Made by a program: the position numbers and the translations under genes. Source: a virus. From it: a DNA stretch of 64,000 nucleotides. The notes under the pieces were generated by a model. It searched no databases. It saw only the letters and a program-made list of their open reading frames with translations, and was not told the DNA's origin. The stretch spans positions 1 to 64,000 of the IMG/VR virus record IMGVR_UViG_3300032246_002821. One strand, 5' to 3'. This document shows positions 18,244-28,004 of the stretch, one piece after another. Numbering within the stretch: position 1 is the first letter of the stretch; each line of letters starts with the position of its first letter.

Positions 18244-18972
18244 TTAATTTTCGATCTGTTGACCGTTGGGTCCGATATTTCCGGTCACACCTGTGCGGTC
18301 GAATATGACCACATCCTTGTTGGGCAGGAACTTGTACCACAGATGCTCGATATCTATGTAACCACCAGCATCCACACGGTCTTTCATGTGCTTGGTCATC
18401 GTTGTCAACAGTTGGATAAACTCAGGTATACGATTGGTACCCAGGCTGTACACACGCAACATATACTGCATATCAACACCAGTGATGCCAGGCGCGAATT
18501 GGCTCAGGTTGCGTTTGCTGACCACATACTTGTCGCCCACCACACCGCGCTGGTAATCGCCGATCCAGAAACGGTCTGTCAGTTTATATCTGCCACTGAC
18601 TTTAAACACACGATCGCAATCAGCAAACCAGCCCTGCTCCAGTGCCATCTCGAAAAAACCAGTGACCACCACCAGCTCTGTCATATTTTTTACCACATCC
18701 TGCACTGTGATATTTTCAGCTATCCAGTTGACTGTTTCATCTTGACTAAAGTCAACGAAATAATCCACGTGGCTCTGTAGTTCTGCTTTCACATCATCTG
18801 AGATAGCCGGCACACTGCAATCTGTCAGACAGATCACAGCATTGGGCACCCGTTCTCTGATGCTTTTGATTGTTTCCAGCGTCTGCGCCAGTCTTTCGTC
18901 GGGTTTATAAATGCTAAACTTGGCATTTACTGCGCTGGTTACCAATACACCATATTTGCGTTTTTTATTCAT
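18244..18972 (-). CDS. Hypothetical protein, possibly glycosyltransferase-related
   Basis: 242-aa ORF with RVFKVSGRY motif, coupled to the dehydratase. Confidence 0.5.
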   Translation of the reverse strand: MNKKRKYGVLVTSAVNAKFSIYKPDERLAQTLETIKSIRERVPNAVICLTDCSVPAISDDVKAELQSHVDYFVDFSQDETVNWIAENITVQDVVKNMTELVVVTGFFEMALEQGWFADCDRVFKVSGRYKLTDRFWIGDYQRGVVGDKYVVSKRNLSQFAPGITGVDMQYMLRVYSLGTNRIPEFIQLLTTMTKHMKDRVDAGGYIDIEHLWYKFLPNKDVVIFDRTGVTGNIGPNGQQIEN

Positions 18973-19999
18973 CTAGATCCAACCAATCTGTGCGTTTGAG
19001 AGTCCATTCCACCACTTGGCTGATGCGTTCTGTCAGCTCGATCTTGGGTTCCCAACCCATGCTACGCATCAGGTCTCCACTAAGTGCATATCTGAGATCG
19101 TGGCCCGGGCGGCTGCTGTGGAAGTCCATAAGTTCATAGTTCAGTGGCTTGCCCTGTGCATCAGCTATCAGCTGAGCCAGTTGCAGGTTATTGATCTCCT
19201 GCTTGCCTACCAGATTGAACTTGGGACATACCTTGGTGCCCATATCTGTGTAATGGCGTTCATCCACGTTGTTCAACAAGAACAACAGACCGTCGGCCAC
19301 ATCAGATGCGTGGATATAGAAGCGACTGCCAGGAATGGTCTTGGTGCGGTCGCTGTGTACAGTGATGGTCTCGCCATCGCGCACCTTGCGGATGCACATG
19401 GGGATATACTTCTCAGGATGCTGTCGTTGACCGAACACATTCATAGTATGTGTGATGATCACTGGCAACTTGTAGGTGTTCTCATAACACACTGCCAGTT
19501 CTTCTCCGCCCGCTTTGGTAGCTGAGTAGGGGTTACCCGAATTATAACGATCGTATTCGCCATAGTTCACGCCCACGGGTGCCGGACCAAAAACTTCGTC
19601 TGTGCTGAAGTACACAAAGCGTTCCAAGTCAGGCTGTTTGCGAGCAAATTCCAGGATGTTACAAGTGCCCACCACATTGTCCAGCACGAATTCCATGGGA
19701 TAGTCGATGCTGCGATCCACGTGGCTTCCTGCAGCCAGATGCAGTATGATGTCACATTTGCCGATGCGCTGAGCAGTGAGAGGATTGATCTCTGCACGAA
19801 GATCGTGGAACACGATCTTGACACGTTTGCGAGTTAGTGCATCGTGATCCTGCATAACATCGTGCAGTCGGTTTAGGTTGCCTGAAAAATCCAGACGATC
19901 CAGACTGATGATATTCCAGTCTGTGTGTTTAAGCAAGTGGTCGATTACGTGATGCGCGATAAAGCCAGCACCACCTGTTACCAATACATTTTTTGTCAT
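18965..19999 (-). CDS. rfbB: dTDP-glucose 4,6-dehydratase
   Basis: TGGAGFI, HLAAGSHVDRSI, STDEVFG, YSATK, QHPEK and RPGHDLRY motifs. Confidence 0.92.
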   Translation of the reverse strand: MTKNVLVTGGAGFIAHHVIDHLLKHTDWNIISLDRLDFSGNLNRLHDVMQDHDALTRKRVKIVFHDLRAEINPLTAQRIGKCDIILHLAAGSHVDRSIDYPMEFVLDNVVGTCNILEFARKQPDLERFVYFSTDEVFGPAPVGVNYGEYDRYNSGNPYSATKAGGEELAVCYENTYKLPVIITHTMNVFGQRQHPEKYIPMCIRKVRDGETITVHSDRTKTIPGSRFYIHASDVADGLLFLLNNVDERHYTDMGTKVCPKFNLVGKQEINNLQLAQLIADAQGKPLNYELMDFHSSRPGHDLRYALSGDLMRSMGWEPKIELTERISQVVEWTLKRTDWLDLDE

Positions 20000-20052
20000 A
20001 GTATCTCCGCTATTGTTGCTATTATATAGTGACTGCTGGCCTAATGCAATAA

Positions 20053-20897
20053 TTAATCGTAATCTTTGCGGCGTAAATGTGGCAGGCCACGATTATGGAT
20101 TATGCTGTATTTCATATGCAATGTGCTGTTGCTGTCGCTGGTCTTGGGCACCAATAGCAGGAAAAATTTACTGCGACTTATCCACTTGCGTTGCTGTTCC
20201 ACGTTGATTTTATTATGTGGTGGCCAGGGCTGAACGATGGTGAATTCTGGAACGGCTTCCACCAGTTCCAGAATATCTTCATAACTCATACAGGCCAGAT
20301 ATATGTTGTTGACATCAGGATAAGCCCTTTTGCTACTTACATCAGCCAACAATATTAATGTGTTACTGTCCATGTTCAATCTTAGGAATAAGCGGTTCAT
20401 AAAGATCGGCGTCCAATGGTCTTGTTATCTTGCTGGTTTTGTCATACAGGGCAAAACCGATTCCAGTACTGGAATGTTCGAAAGGATAGGTAACAAGCAG
20501 TACACGATTGCCATATCCTTGATCGTTCAGGATACGATTCAAACGGTTATACTGATGACGAATAGTAAATTCGCTAGTGCAATCCACAAGTTGACCCATT
20601 TTACACCTATCAATAAAGTTCGTGAGCAGGTACGACAACAGCGCCACAACGGTCCATCTGTTGCTGTTCAGTATCAGGCAGAGCATCTTCGGGAATCACG
20701 TACCAGCTGTCCACGTGTTCGTGAAGCATAGGCTTGTGCTTTTCCACCTTACAGGCCACCTGGTGCACCAGTCGTTCCAGCACACTGGGATCGGTCACAG
20801 GTTTACGTCCCAGCCGCAACACATATTCACGTGTGGCGAAATCGCTGAAATGATCTTCCATCAATGCAAGTACTCGAGTTTTAACAATCAGTTTCAT
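20053..20897 (-). CDS. Three small hypothetical early genes (20053-20400, 20363-20686, 20610-20897; starts uncertain)
   Basis: Chained minus-strand ORFs downstream of the promoter at 20922-20949. Confidence 0.5.
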
Positions 20898-20921
20898 CGG
20901 GTTACCTCCTGTTTATCATTA

Positions 20922-20949
20922 CTTATAGCATACTGCGACAGGGTGTCAA
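20922..20949 (-). promoter_or_regulatory. Sigma70-type early promoter
   Basis: TTGACA-N16-TATAAG with TGC before the -10. Confidence 0.7.
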
Positions 20950-20955
20950 GACAAT

Positions 20956-20977
20956 AAAAGGGCCTTGCGGCCCTTTT
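20956..20977. terminator. Intrinsic terminator with GCAA loop
   Basis: AAAAGGGCC-TTGC-GGCCCTTTT; identical 21-mer at 62421-62441. Confidence 0.85.
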
Positions 20978-20982
20978 AGGTA

Positions 20983-21429
20983 TTATTTTTTAGCCTTGGG
21001 CTTCCTGGCCTTTTTGACCTTTTCTTTAACAGCTTTGACTTCGGCAACAATTTCATTTACCATTTTTTCTGGTAATGCTTCAGCTGCTTTGATCTCTGCC
21101 TTTACTTCTGCCACAACTGCTTCAGCTTTCACTTCAACAGCAGCAACTTCTGCCTTTACTTCTGCCACAACTGCTTCAGCTTTCACTTCAACAGCAGCAA
21201 CTTCTGCCTTTACTTCTGCCACAACTGCTTCAGCTTTCACTTCCACAGCAGCAACTTCTGCTTTGACTTCTGCCACAACTGCTTCCGCTTTTGCTTCCAC
21301 AACTTTAACATCTGCCTTTACTTCGTCCGCGACCTTCTGCACTTCTGCTTCGATCTTAGCCACAGTGGCGGCAGGTACTTCGGTAGTTTTTGGCGTAATG
21401 CCAAATAGATTTTTTAACCAATTAAACAT
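20983..21429 (-). CDS. Ala/Val/Glu/Lys repeat protein with a basic tail
   Basis: AVVAEVKAEVAAVEVKAE repeats; C-terminus KVKKARKPKAKK. Confidence 0.75.
   Translation of the reverse strand: MFNWLKNLFGITPKTTEVPAATVAKIEAEVQKVADEVKADVKVVEAKAEAVVAEVKAEVAAVEVKAEAVVAEVKAEVAAVEVKAEAVVAEVKAEVAAVEVKAEAVVAEVKAEIKAAEALPEKMVNEIVAEVKAVKEKVKKARKPKAKK
21095..21300 (-). repeat. 54-bp coding tandem repeat (3 full copies plus a partial)
   Basis: Units begin at 21095, 21149, 21203 and 21257; each encodes 18 aa. Confidence 0.9.
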
Positions 21430-21475
21430 CGATGTCTCCTAGTTTAACTATTTACTACCGTCGGACACTAATGAA

Positions 21476-21655
21476 TTATTTTGAAGGTACTAGGGTCTTC
21501 ATTGCATTGGTGATGGCAGTGTTGGTGACTTTGGTCAGGTCCACCTGGACGTCCACGATCTTGGTGAATACTTCCTTGATTTCCTTGTTGGGCACATAAG
21601 CCAGCACTACATTAGCGGTATTACGGTAAAATTCAGTGATTGATTCGATATTCAT
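21476..21655 (-). CDS. Phasin-like small protein (59 aa)
   Basis: AAGGAG SD; MNIESITEFYRNTANVVLAYVPNKEIKEVFTKIVDVQVDLTKVTNTAITNAMKTLVPSK, amphipathic helical; below the ORF-track cutoff. Confidence 0.5.
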   Translation of the reverse strand: MNIESITEFYRNTANVVLAYVPNKEIKEVFTKIVDVQVDLTKVTNTAITNAMKTLVPSK

Positions 21656-21698
21656 TATTAGTTCTCCTTTGTGTTATGATTTATATTACACGATATTT

Positions 21699-21730
21699 AT
21701 ATGCGGTGCAATATTTTTTTGTGCAGTGCA
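21699..21730 (-). promoter_or_regulatory. Two PhaR-type boxes overlapping a late promoter
   Basis: TGCACTGCACAA (21719-21730) and TGCACCGCATAT (21699-21710); ATAAATA at 21694-21700. Confidence 0.55.
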
Positions 21731-21737
21731 ACGATTT

Positions 21738-22775
21738 TTATGCGTTATTTTTTAATTGCTGATATGCATAAAGCGCAAAGCTGGCCAAGTTCTTGCCCTT
21801 GCTTTCGCACTGTATGTCGAATTTGTCGGCGAAAGTAAGAGCATAGTCATTGACAGCACTATTCCACATCATATCGCTGTGTGCTCTGAGTGCTGCTTTC
21901 TTCAGTCCAGATTCCAGCAGATCAGGCATCACCGGCCGCACAGACTCCAGAACCACTCTAGATTCTCGGAGTAGGTCTTCGCGGCTGACGCTGTAATGTA
22001 GTACAGGCCGTACACCGCGCCAGCTGTCAAGAATCCTAGCAACACGTACATCATCAGGCGCGAGATAATCTGCATCGCGAATCCAATGATGATGCAAGTC
22101 CAGTACAGTAGGTACAACGTCACTGAGACTGAGACAATCGTCCAGACCATATTTGTACTCCTCGTTCTCCACTGTGATGCAGTTGCGAGCTTCTGGGCTC
22201 AGCCTATTTAAGGCTGCACGAATGCCGTCAGGACCACGTCGGCCGCTGATGTGTACATTACACTTGAAGTCCTGGAATGTCTTACCGTAGCCCATCCACC
22301 TGATGATGTCAGTGTGGTATTCGAATTCTTCTATGCTACGGTTAACAATTTCGTCATTGTCACTCGCAAGCACCACAAACTGACCAGGGTGCATACTAAG
22401 CCTAACGTCAAGAGCTTTAGCAGTGGCACCCACTGTACTGAATGCCTTCTCACAATAATTACGTACATCCGGACGCTGCCAGAAATAACTGTAAGTAGGT
22501 TCAGTGTAGACAGGCAAAAGATTGCTGCTAAGACGCACCATTCTAAGACCGGCATCTTGTTCTCCCACTTTCTTGATCAATTTGTGTACAGCTTCTGTGT
22601 TGTACACCATGATGTCCCACAGCTTCTGTTCAGCAACATCACGTGGCTGACGGTTAAGCCAGGCCACAGTTGTGCCTAGGTCTGTGTATTGCTTGGCGTC
22701 ATCCTTGGGTTTAAGCCCATTGACCTGATCCGGATGGTCAAGCCATTTGCAGCAAAACCCTATACGATTTGTCAT
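21738..22775 (-). CDS. uvsE: UV damage endonuclease (UVDE)
   Basis: RIGFCCK, MVRLSS, RLSMHPGQF, ITVENEE, LDLHHHW, HYSVSR and LRAHSD motifs. Confidence 0.92.
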   Translation of the reverse strand: MTNRIGFCCKWLDHPDQVNGLKPKDDAKQYTDLGTTVAWLNRQPRDVAEQKLWDIMVYNTEAVHKLIKKVGEQDAGLRMVRLSSNLLPVYTEPTYSYFWQRPDVRNYCEKAFSTVGATAKALDVRLSMHPGQFVVLASDNDEIVNRSIEEFEYHTDIIRWMGYGKTFQDFKCNVHISGRRGPDGIRAALNRLSPEARNCITVENEEYKYGLDDCLSLSDVVPTVLDLHHHWIRDADYLAPDDVRVARILDSWRGVRPVLHYSVSREDLLRESRVVLESVRPVMPDLLESGLKKAALRAHSDMMWNSAVNDYALTFADKFDIQCESKGKNLASFALYAYQQLKNNA

Positions 22776-23089
22776 TCTGTTGTCCCGTGTTGGAGTATGT
22801 ATAATGTTAGCACATTCATGGCATCTTCGCGATTACGAAAGTACAATTTATGTCTGACTTTAGTAAAATCGGACCTATAATCATAGTCACTGGCGAATCT
22901 TTCATTCCTAATAAGCACCTTGCGCCTATCGAACCAAGCCCAATGTCCCATTTGATCTTGGGCTACCTTTCTCAATCCATTAAAAGTTTCATAATCAAGT
23001 ATGACCATCCTGTATTCAAAGTTATAGCGTTTGGCTCGCATACGGTTGTCAGTGGGGGCCAAAACTACATTACCTATTTTTTCTTTCAT
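22772..23089 (-). CDS. Small hypothetical protein (member of the F-x-x-x-ED-A family)
   Basis: Ends KLYFRNREDAMNVLTLYI; coupled to uvsE. Confidence 0.55.
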   Translation of the reverse strand: MKEKIGNVVLAPTDNRMRAKRYNFEYRMVILDYETFNGLRKVAQDQMGHWAWFDRRKVLIRNERFASDYDYRSDFTKVRHKLYFRNREDAMNVLTLYILQHGTTE

Positions 23090-23092
23090 GGA

Positions 23093-23287
23093 TCACCATT
23101 TGCCATCTGGGCAAGAACTGAATGTCACACGTATCTTGGTAGGCAAGAAACAGCCACACAATGTACACACATTAAGTTTCTTATTGTCGCAATTATTACA
23201 TATGTCGCGACGTTTGTCAACAGTTGCCTTGTCCGACAAAAATACAGCAGGTATTTCCGGAGGTGGATCGTAAGATTCTGATGTCAT
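23093..23287 (-). CDS. Small Cys-rich protein
   Basis: RRDICNNCD...CTLCGCFLPTK...CPDGKW; promoter TTGACA-N16-TATATT at 23294-23321. Confidence 0.7.
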   Translation of the reverse strand: MTSESYDPPPEIPAVFLSDKATVDKRRDICNNCDNKKLNVCTLCGCFLPTKIRVTFSSCPDGKW

Positions 23288-23317
23288 AATACTAATATAC
23301 AGCAGATATAACGATTG

Positions 23318-23971
23318 TCAACCGAAATATTGCGGATGGATCATTTGGATAGAGAGCATTTCTGTACCATTCAAATAGGTTTTGATGTGGGGTATGATAT
23401 TTTCCGCTAGGATCCTATGACCATTGGGAGTGAAATGATTGGATCTGCTGTCCTGCATATTTTTACCCCAATCGGGCCAGTCTGCTTTACTGCAACTTGA
23501 CAGTCCCATATCGCTTACCAACCACAATCCATAAGTTTTGTTCACATAAGTGCTATTGAATGCAGGCATATTGATCAATTTGATCTGTCTTTCCCTGCAC
23601 TTGTTTTGTATGTCATCTATCAATAATTTGTACATATTGAAACTGAAAATTTCATCATACAAATGTTCATAATACATCTTGGCCGCTGATATGATTTCTG
23701 ATCTAACAGTATTGTCGAAAGTGAAATTTTCTATATGTGGATTTATAGCAACTGTGGGATGATACAGTCTGCTATGTTCCGTATGAACTATCAGTACCAC
23801 ATCAGGTTCTCTATTCAAAACACGATGGAAGTTTTCCCATATTTTGTACTGGCTCTGTCCGCTGAAACCCTGATGGCTTATAAGATGCAATCCACATTCT
23901 GTTACCATGGTTTCCAGATATGTGTTTTTATAGTCCCGTACGAAGCTGTCCCCCATTATTGCTATGAACAT
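23318..23971 (-). CDS. SGNH-hydrolase-like protein
   Basis: IAIMGDSF block I, G(F)SG, C-terminal SNHF...GH. Confidence 0.65.
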   Translation of the reverse strand: MFIAIMGDSFVRDYKNTYLETMVTECGLHLISHQGFSGQSQYKIWENFHRVLNREPDVVLIVHTEHSRLYHPTVAINPHIENFTFDNTVRSEIISAAKMYYEHLYDEIFSFNMYKLLIDDIQNKCRERQIKLINMPAFNSTYVNKTYGLWLVSDMGLSSCSKADWPDWGKNMQDSRSNHFTPNGHRILAENIIPHIKTYLNGTEMLSIQMIHPQYFG

Positions 23972-25428
23972 CAGAAAACCCTTATGTCGTGTAATTCACT
24001 GAACCGCCTGGCATCAGACATATCATTAACTAGTGGTTCGCCTCGTATATTTAGACTTGTGTTTAGCAACATAGCACAACCAGTACGTGCTTGCCAGGCT
24101 TCCAGTATAGCCCGTATGATACCTGGATTGTTATGATGCACAGTTTGCACTCTGCTGGTGCCATCCACGTGACATATAGCCGGATATGTGTCAGGCTCCA
24201 GGCATTTTACCGTATATTGCATGAAATCATATCTGTCATCCGTGACATCGAAATGGAACCTGGCGTGTTCGGCCAGCACCACTGGTGCGAATGGTCTGAA
24301 CTTCTGTCTTTGTTTGATGGTATTGACACGATCTTTCACATCTGGCCCACGTGGGTCGGCCAGTATACTGCGATTTCCCAGAGCACGGGGGCCGAACTCA
24401 GCCCTGCCATTTGCTATGCCTATCACTTGCCCTGATTCCAGAGCATCCACAACTGTTGTGATATCAACATTACCACAGATATCATGTCCCAGATAGACGT
24501 GATCTAATCTTTGCTGACGCCTGGTCTTGTATAAGACCGCGCCCATACTGAGCCCAGCATCGCCTGGATTGGCTGGCACATACATCCGTTTATACACGCC
24601 TGATTTTAGGATTTCACTATTAGCTACGCAATTAAGAGCACACCCCCCACTGATGATCAGGTTGTCACTGGGCAGCAGCTTACGTGCATAGGATACCAGA
24701 CCTTGCATATATTCCTGGAATATCTGTTGAGCACTGGCGGCTATGTCTTCCGCTCGCCAGCCCCGGTGCTCTAGCAAGGATTTAATGCCACGATGGATGT
24801 TATATCGCATAGGGCAGCGAGGCGGTGTCCAATCGCTGAACAACATCTGTTTCAACTCCACCGCGTGTACAGGCTCGCCATAGGCAGCCATACCCATAGT
24901 GATGTATTCTTCTTCGTTGGGTTTGAGTCCAATGGCTTGTGTTATGGCGGTGTAAAATAATCCCATGCTATCTGGATAACTCTGATGCCACTTGCAGTAT
25001 AACTCAGCGCCACATCCGTACCAAATGCTGGTAGTTTTCCATTCTCCTATGGCATCTACCACGATTATTGCAGCGTTAGTGTAGCCGCTGGTATAATAAC
25101 CCAACGCCGCGTGAGCACCGTGATGCGGCACTGTTTCAAATTTCAAATCGTCCAGACCGAATTGCCTTAGATGTGCGACAGGATCCTGAAACACTGGCCG
25201 TTCGCCGCTGTATAGTCTGCGTAGTGCTTTAGTCCAGGGATTCTCGAACCACAATATTTTATCAGGTTTGCCATATCTGGCCATATCTGCCAGCATATGT
25301 TCGTTGAGCAAATTGTCACTTTTTTTCCTGCTGTATCTTTCGCTATGAGCAGCAAATAAAACTTCTTGTTCAGTGGCCAAACACACACTTGCGTCGTGAT
25401 TTAACGCATTTATACCCAGGTATTTCAT
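23971..25428 (-). CDS. Carbamoyltransferase (NodU/CmcH family)
   Basis: NHDASVC, ERYSRKK, HHGAHAALG, GGCALNC, EFGPRALGNRSILADPR, FRPFAP, LNTSLN. Confidence 0.93.
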   Translation of the reverse strand: MKYLGINALNHDASVCLATEQEVLFAAHSERYSRKKSDNLLNEHMLADMARYGKPDKILWFENPWTKALRRLYSGERPVFQDPVAHLRQFGLDDLKFETVPHHGAHAALGYYTSGYTNAAIIVVDAIGEWKTTSIWYGCGAELYCKWHQSYPDSMGLFYTAITQAIGLKPNEEEYITMGMAAYGEPVHAVELKQMLFSDWTPPRCPMRYNIHRGIKSLLEHRGWRAEDIAASAQQIFQEYMQGLVSYARKLLPSDNLIISGGCALNCVANSEILKSGVYKRMYVPANPGDAGLSMGAVLYKTRRQQRLDHVYLGHDICGNVDITTVVDALESGQVIGIANGRAEFGPRALGNRSILADPRGPDVKDRVNTIKQRQKFRPFAPVVLAEHARFHFDVTDDRYDFMQYTVKCLEPDTYPAICHVDGTSRVQTVHHNNPGIIRAILEAWQARTGCAMLLNTSLNIRGEPLVNDMSDARRFSELHDIRVF

Positions 25429-26066
25429 ATAATAAATCTACTACCTTCTGAATAATTTGTCAAGGTATTATATAAACTTTTGGCTATCTGGCTATTATGT
25501 TCGTATCCAAAATGGTTGCTGTGATTTTCATTATAAATGACCATATCAAACAGGCATTTTTCCGATACCATGCCTGTTTGAAACTGATAGGTTTGATTGT
25601 AACTACACAAGTGTAATACCTGAGGTATCCGGTGTAATCGGATCAGGTCTTCAAGTTCGTTGTACCAGGATTGTGCTGCCCAGATCCAGTAATTCCTGGA
25701 AAACAAATGTTTATAGTAACCACGGGCTGCATCTAGTATCTCGCTGCTGTAAATAGCTTCTGCCTCTGTGGGAACAAAAATATGATCGTTGTTGGCTTGC
25801 CCTTGTCCTATTCCCAGATCATGGTCGTTGGGCAGGCGGTATTCATTGGTATGACAAATTATCAACAACTTAGGTATTTTAATAGATAATTCTTGCAACA
25901 AACACCTCCTAGTGCTCCACCAACTGGCACCTGGAAAACCTTTGCCCCTGGGTATGTTTGTCTCACCTGTCAACAGATAGTGTAACTCCCAGGGCCAGTC
26001 GCCTGTTTTGTGCCTTTGCCCACAAAAACTATCACCTACGATCAATATTTCATCGCTGGTCATCAA
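25425..26066 (-). CDS. SGNH-hydrolase-like protein
   Basis: LIVGDSF, GFPGASWW, SNHF; close paralog of the next gene. Confidence 0.65.
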   Translation of the reverse strand: MMTSDEILIVGDSFCGQRHKTGDWPWELHYLLTGETNIPRGKGFPGASWWSTRRCLLQELSIKIPKLLIICHTNEYRLPNDHDLGIGQGQANNDHIFVPTEAEAIYSSEILDAARGYYKHLFSRNYWIWAAQSWYNELEDLIRLHRIPQVLHLCSYNQTYQFQTGMVSEKCLFDMVIYNENHSNHFGYEHNSQIAKSLYNTLTNYSEGSRFII

Positions 26067-26731
26067 GGCAATAATTCCTGAATGATCTCACCATCTGCAT
26101 AATTGGATAAAAGGTTCAACAGAGTATTAGCTAACCGCAGGTTTTCCCTTTCGTGGAAATGGTTGCGGCTGAATTGTTTGCTGTCCTTGTCGTGGATGCT
26201 GCTGAGATGGAATAGGTTTTGTCTGCTGGTCATCCCTTTTCTAAATTTGTATCTGTACGCAAAACACCACAGATGTATAACTTTGTCTACATTATGCTGT
26301 TGCATCAACTCATCACATTCTTTATACCAGCGATCAGCGGCCCATTCCATATATTCTTTGCTAAAAAGGTGCTTATAAAATAATTTCGCAGCATCAAATT
26401 TTTCAGGATAATAAGTGTGTTTCACTTCATCTGGAACAAATAAATCATCGCTATCTAGTATACCCAAAGTGATACCATAATTGTAATCGCTGGCTAATCT
26501 ATAGGGATCTGTATGACAGAAAATAGCTATCTTGGGGCTAGCTTGTTCTAATTCCGCAAGTAAACGACATCTCACGCTCCACCAACTGCCGCCTTTGAAA
26601 CCTGCGCCACGTGGCTGGGTCTTAACGCCAGTGAGCAATTCGGTCAACACCAGTGGCCAATCATTTGGCTGGCTGCGATCAAAAGCAAAACTGTCTCCCA
26701 ATATCAAAATATCTTGAGGTATTAACATCAA
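26063..26731 (-). CDS. SGNH-hydrolase-like protein
   Basis: LILGDSF, GFKGGSWW, RNHF. Confidence 0.65.
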   Translation of the reverse strand: MMLIPQDILILGDSFAFDRSQPNDWPLVLTELLTGVKTQPRGAGFKGGSWWSVRCRLLAELEQASPKIAIFCHTDPYRLASDYNYGITLGILDSDDLFVPDEVKHTYYPEKFDAAKLFYKHLFSKEYMEWAADRWYKECDELMQQHNVDKVIHLWCFAYRYKFRKGMTSRQNLFHLSSIHDKDSKQFSRNHFHERENLRLANTLLNLLSNYADGEIIQELLP

Positions 26732-26828
26732 TAGATAAAAGGATCTCTTTTCTTCAATTCTTCCAGCATTTTTTTACGTTTGTATCTGTAATAGATGTTG
26801 TAAAAAAAATTATAAATTGTCTTGAACA

Positions 26829-28004
26829 TCAACTTATCCTTTGCCAACTGTTCTGACCCAGGCATCTATAGATGCCGGATCCGTCTCTCAAGATTTGCAA
26901 CTCGCCAGGCTCGCCCACTTGTTCCGGAATACGATCAGTGACCTTGACCAAGATGCCGTTGAATCTGATGGGACCTGATATCTCTATCTCTCCGGTGTTC
27001 TTCAATTTGATCTGATCCTGGTTGTTGGTGCCCAGGCTGACATCTGTCATCCTGGTGCTGCCTGCGAACATTGTGCGCTGTGCAGATTTAACCAGCGTGA
27101 ACTCTGCATCCTGGTCCCAGACGCTCAGTGCTCCACGGGCTTCTTCCGTGTTGATACCCACCTTGTTATCAGATACCATGAGTGTTTCACAGATTATGGC
27201 CTGCCCACTAACAGTGAGTTCTGTCAGGTTACCCAATCGACGCAGGTTGCTGTTGATCACGCCAGGTCCTAGTGTGTCGGTGCTCAGTACCAGTTTTCCG
27301 TTATCCAGTATACCACGATTGGTCAAATCTATGTTAAGCTGATTGTTGGCAGATATCCTCTCATCACTGATATCTGCGGCGTATTTTCTCAGTATAGCAC
27401 TGTCGGCTATGGGCCCTGTGACATTCAGTATGCCTTCCACCGTGAGGTTATTGGTGAAAGTGTTGTCACTGATCAGCAAGTTTTCCGCTGTGATGTTGTT
27501 GACTACCACCAGCCCAGTGTCAGTTATGGTCAATTGGGGGCTGTCGCTGACATCCTGTATGCCGGTGCTGGTGAAGTTCTTGTAGATGCCACCAGTTATG
27601 CTCTCGGCATTCAGTGTATATCCTGTGAAATCCACGCTGCTGTAAGCTATGCTTCTTTCAGGGAATGACACCGTATCCAGCAAGTTTTTCACAGTGCTGG
27701 TGGTCTTGCTTTCTATCAGCGCAGTGAGATCCAGCTCTGCCAGTTTGTTTTCCAGTATCTTCTGGGCAGCCCCCATCAGATAATCTGTGACGATGTTATT
27801 GACGATGGCGCTGACTTCAGCTTCCAGATCCCTGTGGCCCACCACCTGTGCCAGCAACCTGTTGCTGGTGTTGACGATCACGTTGTTTATATTGGTCTGC
27901 AGGCTATCACTGATGATTTTGTCCAGATCGGTGCTTTGCAGATAGTTTTCTATCGCTGCACGTACACTATTGTTGATCTGTTCTTGTATGTTTAGATCTA
28001 TCAA
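26829..28004 (-). CDS. Hypothetical, probably structural (tail-associated) protein
   Basis: Helical N-terminus, then beta-rich segments (GVINSNLRRLGNLTELTVSG, VGINT). Confidence 0.5.
   Translation of the reverse strand: MIDLNIQEQINNSVRAAIENYLQSTDLDKIISDSLQTNINNVIVNTSNRLLAQVVGHRDLEAEVSAIVNNIVTDYLMGAAQKILENKLAELDLTALIESKTTSTVKNLLDTVSFPERSIAYSSVDFTGYTLNAESITGGIYKNFTSTGIQDVSDSPQLTITDTGLVVVNNITAENLLISDNTFTNNLTVEGILNVTGPIADSAILRKYAADISDERISANNQLNIDLTNRGILDNGKLVLSTDTLGPGVINSNLRRLGNLTELTVSGQAIICETLMVSDNKVGINTEEARGALSVWDQDAEFTLVKSAQRTMFAGSTRMTDVSLGTNNQDQIKLKNTGEIEISGPIRFNGILVKVTDRIPEQVGEPGELQILRDGSGIYRCLGQNSWQRIS

Noticed and set aside
21095-21300. Tandem repeat as a CRISPR array
   Set aside because: Contiguous 54-bp in-frame units with no spacers; no cas genes. 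The 58114 nuclease is a generic PD-(D/E)XK exonuclease.
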